From Tubulanus polymorphus (taxonomy: Eukaryota; Animalia; Nemertea): a stretch of 64,000 nt of DNA. The notes beneath the pieces are model-generated. The model saw only the letters and a list, made by a program, of their open reading frames with translations, was not told where the DNA came from and ran no database searches. This document shows positions 13,701 through 24,828 of this stretch, one piece after another. The first letter of the stretch is position 1. The number at the start of each line of letters is the position of its first letter. The translations under genes and the position numbers were made by a program. The DNA lies in the NCBI RefSeq assembly GCF_964204645.1, contig NC_134032.1, positions 9,288,275-9,352,274 on the forward strand, read 5' to 3'.

Positions 13701-16700
13701 GTTGTGTTGGGGGTTAGGTGGCCCGTTTTGTCAAGAAAAAGATAATTAAAACCTGTAAATTTGGCACTTAACCTCTGACTTGGTTAATCAGGCAGGGTTT
13801 CTGGCCCTGGCATCAGATTCGACTCCCTGTCAAGGGGGGGGGATGTTTCAAAATTGTTTTTGTGGCTATATAAAGAGATTTGATTTCTATTTCAACAGGT
13901 GCACGACACGCGTCACTGGAGTTGTTTCCAGTTTCTGTCATCGATCGTATTTCAAATGCCATGGACGACGATCTTGCAGACGGTTCCCGCGCAGAAACTT
14001 GCCGAGATCCATGGACTCGTGTTCCGTCTGTTCCTTCAGTTCGTAGCGTTTCCCGAGATTCTCGCCGTCTCCGGAATGCCGCAGCTGTTCCAGACGGCTA
14101 ATGATATATTCCAGTGGCACCATCTATCGGCGGAGGATTTTCAAACGGCGATGCGTTGGTTTCTCGGGAATTGTGAACCGGACTGCGTCCTGGCTGAAAG
14201 ATCTGACCCACAAGCAATTGGTATTAGGTATGAAATTGAAAATGAACTGATCTCAACTCAAGGTTAACTCTTAACTCGCAACTGTGGAACCGGGTCCAGA
14301 GTAAATGAGCAAAACCCATAGTTGATGATTTAACAATTTGACTGACACTTTCGAGATTTTGACTACTCTTCATCATTAGAGAAACGTAAAAACACAGGGT
14401 TTCGTTTTTCCGATGATGGAGTAGTATTCAAAACTTTGAAACTGTCAGAATAAATTGTTAGATTACTAACGTCGGCTTTTGCTTATTAACCTTATGACAT
14501 CATCAAATAAACCTTATAGATCCTTGATAAAAAGATATGAAGGGGATGAATAAAGGCAGACAACTTTTCTCGAAGTGTGTAATGAAATAGGTTGATGATG
14601 TCATTAAGGGATAGTGGTGGTAGCCATCTTTTCTCGAAGTGTCTAAAGGGGTTGTTCAGCGGCGGATCCAGGATTCCATGGATGGGGATGCACAAATCCA
14701 AGTAGGGGGTTTGGGGAAACATTTTTTAAATTAGATGCGAGGAGACGTGTTCTGGGCACGATCAGAGTATGAAACAACATGAATGATGTAGGACTGCCGT
14801 AAAAAAGTGCTGGTAATTGTAAACAACGACATAAGCTTATGCATTTTCAGGGATTTTTCACATGCTTGTCTTCGTTCTCACGAAAAAGAATTAGCGAGGA
14901 CTTTAGGGGGTGCACGTGCCCCCTGTGCACCCCCTGGATCCGCCGCTGTTGTTTGATGATGTCATTGAGGATCGAATGATGTCAAAGAGCGAACGTGTCT
15001 TCCAAGTCGCTATTGTAGCTGTCATGTCATAAAGGGTGCCCGATCTAGAAGGTCAATAGGAAGTTTCAATGATCTAACATGTTTTTTTCGTCGTATTTTC
15101 TAGTTTTATCAAACAGGCAGCTGAATTCGTAGAACGCCCCGACTACCTGAACCACGCCGATACGGTTGCCAAGCGCCAGTCGTTCGTACATCTCATCGCT
15201 CAGTTGTTGAGTAAATGTTCGCACAAGCGACAATTACCGGACGCGGAACTGATGAAGAAGTCGGTCACCAATCTGCTGACTCAAATAGAGACGATCGTGA
15301 ACTGCGGTAAATGTTAATGAGGATAGCCCTGAGTATATCAGAATCGCAATGCAATTCTGCGTGTTGTCGGCGACTCTGAGAATATCCATACACATTCTGA
15401 CACTCAAGAGTTTCATAGACATCAGTGGGTTGTACCATGTTGACTCGGTTTTGGCATTGGCATCGGTTCAGAATTTCCATTGTGAAAACTTTAAACAAAG
15501 TCGATCAATCCATAGCATTCGGAGCCATGCATTTTCTCATGGACGGCTCAGGATTTGATTGAGTCGGTTTTGGCACCAGAAGAATATCCACAAGGAAACT
15601 TTGTTTCTATTTGTACATTGGAGAATTATCCCTTTTACAAGTGAATGGCTCCAGGAATATATGTTGGAAATAAGACGTTCTCTAGTGGGTGGTTCTTGGT
15701 TGACCTGGCTTAGGATACAGCCATTGCGGAAACTTTTCGTCCTCAAATTCAAACAGTGTCACATTAATTACAACCCGTCATTTATTTCTATTTTGGAATG
15801 TTCAATGAAGTTGGCCGTACGCATAATATCATGCCAACCTAAGCTAAACTCATATTTATTAGCTAGCGGTGCCTCATACCCTCAATATATTCTGAAATGC
15901 TTTACAGTTCGCACCTATTGATCTTTGTAAATCATGTATTCATGTTTTAAATAAATGTTTATTTCTACTGTGGCCTTTCTGTACATAAGGTATTTATACA
16001 TCTTACCTGATGAGGCTGAAGTGACTCGGCAAAATCGATCGTGATATGCTATTTTCAAGGATGAATTTTGTTATAGTTGCGATTCTGTTATAGCATCATC
16101 AAGTGTATTTGTAATTTCTATATTTCAGTATCAGACGCGACTAGTCAACACTTTGAAGCGGTGACTCTCTGCACTGAGGTTGTGCGCATACTGAACGACT
16201 GTAACCCTAAACCGGACGTCGCCCAACATTTCATCGACGCGATCAAGGATTGGATAACCTCATCGCCAAGCGATTGTATTCTATTGTTGCCGTGCGTAGC
16301 GGCCGCTAGCCAATCGCTAGCCTCCGTCACTCACATGGTCGTCGTTTTAGAGGCTTGTATCGATACGTACTTCAGCTCGGCGGGTACGAAACATTTTGAA
16401 TATACCGTATAAGCGTTAATCCCATCAACAAAATTACCCTTCTACACTAACCAAGAATTGGCTTCTTCCAAACTTCAAAACATCTGATTGAAATTTTAGT
16501 CGAATGAAAATTACCTTAGCTTTTTATGTTGTTATTGTTGGATATGTTAAGGTAGCCATCTTTCATGGAAGTGTTAAAGGGGTAATTTTGCGGTGATGTA
16601 ATTGAAAAGCAGCTTTCTTTGCCGAAAGGGTCTACAGGGGGTAATTTACTGATGTCATAGGAGGGATTCAAGAAGGCAGCCATTTTTTCTGAAAGGGGGG

Positions 16701-18728
16701 TTTATTCAATGATGTCATAGGTAGATTTATGAAGGCAACTATCATTTCTTGGAAGGTTTGATAGGAGTGATTTATTGATGTCTGTAGGGGGATTTATAGA
16801 CGTAACCATGTTTTCAATAGAAGTTGATGAATTGTTTTTATATACGTGTAATTTCAGATGCGAACCCGAGCGATCGTTGGAGTAGATTGATAATGTCTCT
16901 TCACGGAGCTGAAATGTCGATGCCCGAATTCCTGACGACGGGTCTCGAGTATAACGCGTTCACAACGCTCTACTGTAGTATCCTCAAGCGGCTCCCTCTA
17001 TCGACGAGTTTAGAAGACGAACGACACTATTTGAATCTGTTAATTAATTGGACCGCATCCGCAAAACCTGGGTAAGTTTAGACGGCCGGCTACATATATA
17101 CCCCTTTATCATCATTGAATTATGTAAACCTTAGGTAATTCGAGAAAAGAATGCCCATGAATACCCACATGACATCATCAAATTACGCTTATAGACCTTT
17201 CTTATAGATCCCCCCATGACAGTGCTAATTTGCTTAAGATGTCTCCTAGAATCCTCCTATGAACAACACTTATTCACACCAAACGGCTGCCTCTGTAAAC
17301 AAGACGGTTGTTTCTATGACGCCCCAATGACATCACAAATTCGCACATGATGGCTGTCTCTATGGATCCCCCAATGACATCACTAATTTGCACAAGATGG
17401 CTTCCTTCATAAATGCCCGAATGACATCACTAATTTGCACGTGCTGGCTGTCTCTATGGATCCCCCAGGGACATCACTAATTTGCACTAGATGGCTTCCT
17501 TCATAAATGCCCCTATGACATCACTAATTTGCAGGAGATGGCTTTCTATATGGATCTCCCTTTGACATCACTAATTTGCTCGGGATGGCTGTCTATGAAT
17601 CCCCCTTTGATATCACTAATTTGCACGTGATGGCTTTCTCTATGAATCCCCCAATGACATCACTGATATGCGCATTGATATTTCTGTATGTTTGTTGCAG
17701 TTTATCCGATGAGCCGAAGTTATTGCTGTGGTGGGCGAAGATTTTAGAATTGATTTTGCGTCAAGTCGACTTCGGGGAGGAACAAACGAAACCTCTTCAT
17801 GTCGTTCTGTTCAAATTCATCTCGTCTTTGATTCTGTTCGGTGAGGATAAAACATCGGCCGGATTCATGGGAGCGATCGGACTCGGTCGGAAATCAACTC
17901 TATCTGTCAGGTACGTCTGTACTCTCTCCTCTCGGCCCTCTCCTCTCTCTCATCTTATTTTCTCATTCTCCCTCTTTATCTCTTGTCCTCTCTCTTCTTT
18001 ATCTCCTCTCTCTGCTCCTCTACACTCTCTCCCCTCTTCCTGTCCCATCACCTGTCTTGTCCCCCTCTATTTTCCTCTCCCTTATTCTGTTCCCTCCCTG
18101 ACCCTCACCCTTTCACTCACTCCCTCTTCTATTCGTCTATGTATCACTGTCCCTTCAGACTAGGGTACAACTACTATTTAAAATTGCAATTAAAGATATC
18201 AGATACCCAGGGGCCTGTTTTATAGACTGCTATTATCTTTAACCCGTTGGCTAACTCAATTCAATTTCAATTAAGTTAACCCCCGGTTTAAAGATAATAC
18301 CAGTCTCTAAAACTGGCCCCAAATTTTAAATCATTTTGAACTCTTTCAGATTTCGTCTGGTCGCACGCAGTCTGGCGACGTTCCTATCAGCGCAGATACC
18401 AAACAATTCAGCCATCCGCGTGCAGCCGATGTCGGCGGGTGCGATGTACGACCCACAGCGCCGCGGTAGCGCCGCCGTTTTACGCCGTCTGTCCGGCGCC
18501 GACGCCGTCTACCCGTCTGAACAATCGACGCAAGCCCTAGCGTCGCTAGAGGGCGCCGCCAGTAATAAACAGTACGCAGCCGTAAAGGAGACCGTCGTTT
18601 ACGTTTGCGAATTCGTTAAGAATCCGGCTCATTGCGTCAGGGATAGTTACGCGTTGTTGCTGCAACTCGTTCAGAAATTGTTCGCCGATTGTCATTGTTT
18701 GGACGCATTAGTAAATTCATCCAGATGA
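4536..18728 (+). CDS. EPG5: Ectopic P-granules autophagy protein 5, C-terminal half; exons 4536-4702, 5907-6086, 6837-6960, 7315-7459, 7636-7807, 8132-8443, 8832-8988, 9300-9494, 9915-10046, 10982-11063, 11260-11366, 11892-12090, 12433-12603, 13233-13408, 13899-14227, 15104-15306, 16129-16383, 16858-17071, 17701-17910, 18350-18728
   Basis: All 20 exons have AG/GT boundaries with matching phases. Peptides resemble EPG5 as I recall it: [92 protein letters not shown]. Stop TGA at 18726-18728. Confidence 0.92.
4717..5125 (-). mobile_element. tRNA-derived SINE with simple-repeat tail
   Basis: On the minus strand: A-box-like GTGGACGAGTGG, B-box-like GGTTACGAATACC, then GTGTCTTCGGGCAAGTCACTTATCCTCATTGCC (conserved-domain SINE-like). 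The 3' end runs into (TTG/TCG/TTA)n at 4717-4822. Confidence 0.75.
6207..6418. mobile_element. MITE, hAT-like, 6-bp TSD
   Basis: TIRs CAAGGGCGGAT...ATCCGCCCCTG, flanked by CATGTG on both sides. Confidence 0.8.
10118..10437. mobile_element. MITE with perfect 16-bp TIR and 6-bp TSD
   Basis: CAGTGCTTCATCTAGC...GCTAGATGAAGCACTG, flanked by CACATG on both sides. Confidence 0.85.
14341..14450. mobile_element. Penelope-like inverted fragment with two degenerate hammerhead motifs
   Basis: Plus strand: TTTCCGATGATGGAGT...TTTGAAACTGTCAGAA. Minus strand: CTAATGATGAAGAG...CTCGAAAGTGTCAG. The two are arranged back to back. Confidence 0.55.
14657..14948. mobile_element. MITE, hAT-like
   Basis: Perfect TIR CAGCGGCGGATCCAGG...CCTGGATCCGCCGCTG with TTGTT on both flanks. 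Confidence 0.85.
17150..17670. repeat. ~46-bp minisatellite (ATGGCTGTCTCTATGGATCCCCCAATGACATCACTAATTTGCACAAG); dispersed family
   Basis: About 10 tandem units. Degenerate relatives near 5570-5840, 8460-8790, 12170-12390, 14530-14640, 16520-16820, 40290-40360, 40740-40890 and 59520-59660. Confidence 0.85.
17920..18135. repeat. CT-rich low-complexity tract in the last EPG5 intron
   Basis: Nearly pure C/T sequence. Confidence 0.85.
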
Positions 18729-18783
18729 ATGAAATCAGATGCAATAGACGAATGATTAGGAAATGCTCTTATGTACCCACTTT

Positions 18784-19037
18784 TTAACCCTTTCAGTGTG
18801 TCTACACCATAGTGCGGTGTATAAATCGACGATGGACTTTGCTAGTATGATGATGGACTTTGCTAGTAATTAGTTTCGTCTCCAATGAAAGATGGTAGCA
18901 CTTGTCAAACACGGTTAGATATTAGTAACTAATGATACACCGCACTGCAGTGTAGACGCATTATAGCTGATGCCTGTTATTTAATGCACTGGGGTGGAAT
19001 TTTTCAAAGATTAATTAGACAACACTAAATGGGTTAA
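18784..19037. mobile_element. piggyBac-like MITE in the EPG5 3' region
   Basis: TTAA-CCCTTTCAGTG...CACTAAATGGG-TTAA; a homologous copy lies at 63506-63794. Confidence 0.75.
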
Positions 19038-20589
19038 GCCCCTGAGATAAGTTGTGCGATCATAACCTTAGTCCAAAAATGGTCGTTAAAGATTGGTCTG
19101 AAGTCGTTAGATTGGTTTATAGAACCAAAAAGAAGTCAGCTGATCTTGTTGTAAGATAAGATTTGCGGTAGGATGAAATTAGTCGAGACTTAAGTTGTTG
19201 GATTGGTTATAGAATCCAAATGAGTTTTAAACTGGTCTTAAGTTGTTGAAAATTGCATAAAACCGGCCCCCGGATGGGTTGTTGGAGTCCACTACCTGAT
19301 TCATTGCAGATATTTCAGAAGTGATCTTAGGGAATGGTCAGTTTTCAATTAATTGTACCCTGAACTGAATTTGCAATAGATTGTACCCTAAAATAAGAGT
19401 TTTTCAACTATCAATAAGTAAGTTTTCAGGTTTTTTCTTTTTTTCTACTTTTTGCACCAAACGTTTTGGCAGTCCACGCAAAACCTGAAACTGAAATTGA
19501 TATGATTTTTAAGAGAGTAGAAAAACAATGTATTGTCAAAAAACCGCTGTAAATGTCCTTTTGCAATTGACTGTAATTTATCTGTGATAATATGATGTAA
19601 TGATGATTAGGTGAATGTTAATGATTAATTGGTTTAACGATGTTGAATTTAAAGCACTTGATGATTGAATTGATGATTTGTTTTTAATCAATCAAATATA
19701 GTAATTCGATGTGTATGCGATGTTGACAAAAAAACTAATATATCAAAAAAGTCTACTTACCAGTACGAATTGAATTACAGTAAAGTCATTTAAGTCGGAT
19801 CTTTTTGAAACGGGAATTTTATCCGACTTTTAGCGAAAATCCGACTTATGAAACAAATTCAACGTTGCACATATAGAAGAGGCTCAGCACCTAATATCGT
19901 TTATGAGGATTACCTGCTTGCAAATAAGAGCGCTTTACTGTAATTATTGTCGTGTAAGTGGAATAACACTAATGCCTTATTTGCTATTTCACTTTTGATA
20001 AGTAAAAGGATTATTCGTGAATGTAAGTTCACTCGTGAGATCTATCGCCAATGCATGTATCAAAATGCTGTCTGTACCCACAGCGCCTTTATTTGCCGAT
20101 ATTTGTTAGGTAATGTCTGGACGATCTGATTTTCCATGTAAAGTGATAAGAAAAGTTTTACCGGTATGTCCGCAGGGAGAGGTTAAACTTTGATAAATTT
20201 TCATGTAAAATTCTTTGGTCCTCACCTGAGAAGCCTTAAAGTAATTATTTTGGATGGGGAAAATCTGACTGTATTCCGAGGGAGGTAGGGGGTACAGCAT
20301 CAAATTCACGGGGCTACATAACTCAGCCTTTGGTCATGGTTGTTAATAATTTTTGCTGCAATAATTTAATTGTTTTGTTTGCAAGTAATAAATTAATCAA
20401 ATGTGATTCATTGAAAAATAAATTCTTATTTTGTCAAATAATTCAATCTTGTAGTTTCTAAGACGTTGTAATGATTGGTTTAGAATCCAGGGTAACTCGA
20501 ATCCTACTTGGCTATTGTTGATTATGATGCAGAGGAGAGGCTACAATCGCCATCTATTGTAATTTCTAGGAACTAACTGCGGTTAATTC

Positions 20590-22150
20590 TCAGTTTCAGT
20601 TTCAGTTTAGTTTATTCACTCCACAAGTTATAATAACATTGCACAGAGCACAAAAAGTAGCGCATAGATTACAGCATATTACAAAAATATAATGATAGTA
20701 TTAATAATAATTATGTTTATAATAATAACAATTATGATAATAGTAAAAATAATAATAATAATAGTGATAGCAATAATATAATACTAATAATTATAATTAT
20801 AATGAAATTATAATGTAAAAGATGAGGCGGAATCGTAGTATCGAGATCCGATAATTATACACTATATTAGGTAAATGATTTGATACCATCGCCTGATTAA
20901 GCAAAGTTGTACCTCTTGAACAGAAAAGGTTATGTAGGGTATTTTCATTGGGATGTCGCCAGCAGTAACTAGGTATAAATTTGCTTCTCAGGCTTTGAAA
21001 AAAGGGACATACTAAAAGAAAATGGAATTCGTCTCCAGTTGCTGCCAAATTACATTTCTGACAAATTCTATGGTTTCTCTCAATCTGGCGATACCTACCG
21101 ATTTCAATAGGTAACTTATGGTTCGAGCATCTGAATCGACACAAGGCAAGGCGGAGACTGGGGGTAATTTGGTCAGGTACTCTTCAAATTTAAAACAGTT
21201 TTTAAAACGCTTGTAGGTTAAGCAAATTGGTGTTTCGTTGACCTTTGAGTGCCAGCCTTGTGCGTACTGATCCATGAGTCTCTGTTTCAAAATACTATGA
21301 AGATAATTAGCACTGGGTCCAGATTGAGTTTCCCAAGCGTGGCCGAGACCATTTTTTACAAGAATATTTTTAACATTAAGAATCCAAGCGTTACTCCGAC
21401 CACCGTGGTGCGTTTGATAGATATATTTGTACATAAAAGAAGAAAAATGTTCAGTCTGTAATACCAATTTTGTCCAAAATTTAACGATTCTCAGTTTAAC
21501 ATAAATCTCTAAAGGATAGCACCCAAGCTCACCGTAAATAAATACACTAGACGTAGACCTTTTCAATCTGAGTAAATATTTTTAAAATTGTAGCTGAACA
21601 CGCTCGAGTACCAGTGTGTTCTCATATCCCCAAATTTCACAGCCAAACAGCAATATTGGTAATACCATACTATCATTAAGTTTCAAGGTCAGATCTAGGT
21701 CTAATGAATGTTCACTTGACTTTTCTAATACAAAAAATACCGCCTTCATAGCTTGTTCCGAAAGAGTTTTACGACATTGTGTGAACGATCCAGTGTATGA
21801 AAAGAGAACACCCAGGTACTTGAACTTATCAACTATTTTTGTGACCATTAATGTAATATTCTGGTAGGATTCTTAATCTTCTTTTCGAGAAGATGATGAC
21901 CTTTGTCTTGTCATTTTTAATTGAAAGTTTCTATTCTTGGCAATATTCACAGGGATTATCTATAAGTTTTTGGAGTCCCTCGGGCGAATCACTTATTAAA
22001 ACCGTGTCATCTACATACATGAGAATTAAAAGTTTGAACCATGGCACATTGTTAGGTCCAAAAAAATCTAGAGTTGGACTATTTCGTTCTAATAGATAGC
22101 TGATGTAACCATGGACTCTTATTTGTTTTAGAGTGATGTAACCTTGCACA
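20590..22150 (-). mobile_element. 5'-truncated, frameshifted non-LTR retrotransposon (RT C-terminal part plus CCHC-type finger; clade uncertain, RTE-X-like)
   Basis: LMYVDDTVL (YADD box), FKYLGVLF, LPILLFGCEIWG, IYGELG.YPL and HKLPIEIGRY..ICQKC..DEFHFLLVCP lie in four broken frames. The 3' end has AATAAA plus a (CTGAAA)n tail at ~20590-20617. Confidence 0.9.
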
Positions 22151-22189
22151 TGTAACCTTAAATATACAGAAAACTACTTCATTTCGTTC

Positions 22190-24670
22190 TATTGAATGGG
22201 ATCATTTAGTGGCCCTCTGGATAGAGGATGACAGGGGTGTCCTTGGTTAAGATGATTATAGGGAATATTTTACAATGTATACACGATCGCCATCTATTGG
22301 AATTTCTAGAAACCAACTATTAAAACTAAAAATATAGAATTCTAAATGGATTTTTGAAGTCAAATGATATTCAAATAATTTGTAAATTGATTAATTAGGC
22401 AACGTAGCTATTTTCGTAACGTATTTGAGCTTATCTAGAAACGACTGTATTATCCTCTGATACTAGTTCGACGGGTTTTTGGCGTGGAATTCCTACAATT
22501 CAGTCGTTTCTAAATAAGTTCAAATGCGTTACGAAAATAATTTCGTTGCAAAATTAATCATTTTACGAATAATTTGAATATGTTTTGAATTCATGTATGC
22601 GTTTAGAATACTGTATATTTTCTTTCGGAAGGTTTTTGTCTTTTTCTCTAGGGTCGAAAGGGTATTTCGATGCTTTACCCCTTCTGGTGGATTTTCACTG
22701 AACTAAAATGACAATAGCTGCTTTGTAAAGAATTCGCATAAATTTCATATAGTTATATGAAAGCGAATTTGAGAATGCTACTTCGGCAGTCGACGGATTC
22801 TTTCTCTGGCAGTCAAGGATCTGTAACTGATTATGAGTGGTATTGATGCCAAATAGAAGATGAACTGGGGTGTCATGGGTTCGGACCTGGTCTATTTAAA
22901 CTGATTATGAGTGGTCCTGATGCCGAATAGAAGATGAACAGTGGTGTCCTGGGCTCGAACCCAGTTTATTTGAACTGATTACCAGTGGTCCTGTTGCTGA
23001 ATAGGGGATGAACAGGGTGTCCCCGGTTCGAACCCAGACTATTGTAACTGAGTATGAGAAACACTCCTGATGCTGAATAGAGGATGAAAAGGGGTGTCCC
23101 GGGTTCGAACCCAGTCTATTGTAACTGATTATGCGTGGCCCTGATGCTGAATAGAGGATGAATAGGGGTGTCCCGGGTTCGAACCCAATAATAACTGATA
23201 TTGATCATGATTTGTCCCGATGTTGACTAGAGGATGAACAGGAGTGTCCCGGGTTCGAAACCAGTCAATTGTTACGGATTATGAGGGCCCTGATGCTGAA
23301 TACAGGTGGTGCAGGGTGCCCCAGGTTCAAACCCAGTTTATTGAAACTGATTATGTTTTGTCCTGATTTGTCCCGGGTTCGAACCTAGTTCATATACCCT
23401 AATTCTGAGCGGTCCTGATGGGGAATGGAGGATGGATAGGGGTGGCCCGGGTCTATTGTAACTGATTATCTGTGGTCCTTATGCCGAATAGAGGATGAAC
23501 AGGGGTGTCCCGGGTTCGAACCCAGTCTGAGTGGTCTTGATCCTAAAAAAGTGATTACAGGGAAAACTTTAAACAATGTAAACACGATCGCCATCTATTG
23601 GAATTTCTCGGAACTAACTATTCTGGGAATCTGTTTCTATGAGATCCATGCATATGTAGTCTTACACACATGCGCCATCTGCTAGAATTAAAGAGAACTA
23701 CATGATGTTGAACTGATACTGAATACAGGATGAACAGGGATGTTTCGGGGTCGACCCCGGTCTATTGTAATTGATTATGAGTGGTCCTGATGATAATTAG
23801 AGAATGAACAGGGGTGTCCCAGGTTCGAAACCGGTCTATCGATACTGATTATGAGTGGTCCTGATGCTTAACGGAGGATAAACCGTGCATCGTCCAGAGT
23901 CCAGGTTCGAACCCAATCTATTCATACTGATTCCTACTGAGATGCTGACTATAGGGCAGTTAACCCCTAACCTAGTACAGAATCCCGCCTATGTCTTCGT
24001 CTAGATATCTGTGTATTGAAATTCTATCGAAATCCACATAAAAGATCCATTGTGATTTTAGTTCGACGAAAATCCGACAGAGGGAGTGAAGCATCAAAAA
24101 ACCCTTTAGAGCCCAGAGAAAATTACCAAAACCTCCCGAAATGAAAATATACAGCATTCTAAATGGATTTTTGAAGTCAAATAATATTCAAATTACTTGT
24201 GCATTAACTAACTAGGCATCGTAATTATTTTCGTAACGTATTTGGGCTTATTTAGAAACGGTTGTAATATCTTCGATACCAGTTTGACGGATTTCTAGCG
24301 TGGAATTCCTACAATTCAGTCGTTTCTGAATAAGTTCAAATACGTTACGAAAATAATTACGTTGGAAAATTGATTAATTTACGAATAATTTGAATATGTT
24401 TTGAATTCAAATATGTGTTTAAAATACAATATATTTTAATTTCGGGAGGATTTTGTCTTTTTCTCTAGGGTCGGAAGGGTATTTCTACGCTTTACCCCCT
24501 CTAGTGGATTTTCACTGAACTAAAATCACAATAGATCCTTTGTTAAGAATTCGTATATATTTCATATAGTAATGTGAAAGCGAGTTTGAAAATGCTACTT
24601 CGGCAGTCGATGTATTCTTTCTCTGGCAGTCGAGGATCTGTAACTGATTATGAGTGGTATTGATGCCAAT
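22190..24670 (+). repeat. Composite repeat, locus 1: CTCF-type module, partial fold-back (22330-22820), ~74-nt tRNA-like array (22820-23545), CTCF-type module (23545-23715), array (23715-23935), full fold-back (23980-24638)
   Basis: Direct sequence comparison shows a ~1.8 kb period (ATTCTAAATGGATTTTTGAAG near 22339 and 24156). The same order of modules recurs at 35663-37303. Confidence 0.9.
23588..23702 (-). promoter_or_regulatory. Pair of CTCF-type binding motifs with upstream module
   Basis: Minus strand GTTAGTTC-N9-CCAATAGATGGCGA and TGTAGTTC-N9-CTAGCAGATGGCGC resemble the CTCF core CCASYAGRKGGCR plus the upstream TGCAGT-type module. Confidence 0.65.
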
Positions 24671-24828
24671 AATGTTTGAGGTTTGTAAAGAGAGTTTATT
24701 TTTCACAATCGGTTTGGTGAAACTGGATTTCTGGTGGTTTAAAGTCACAGTGATTTAAAAGCATCGAGAAAATGTCGTCCGTGTCTTAGTGTCTGTGGTA
24801 CATCAGACACTAAGATTCTGCAATAAGC

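Noticed and set aside
17576-18163. 195-aa ORF as a separate gene
   Set aside because: Only 17701-17910 is an EPG5 exon; the rest is minisatellite and CT-rich intron.
22820-23935. CRISPR array or true tRNA gene cluster
   Set aside because: The sequence between the palindromic GGGTTCGAACCC motifs is itself repeated (no unique spacers), there are no cas genes, and the monomers lack acceptor and anticodon stems.
22820-23935. Hammerhead retrozyme monomers (CTGATG...GAA)
   Set aside because: The consensus reads CTGATGC rather than CTGANGA and lacks GAAAC after a stem II.
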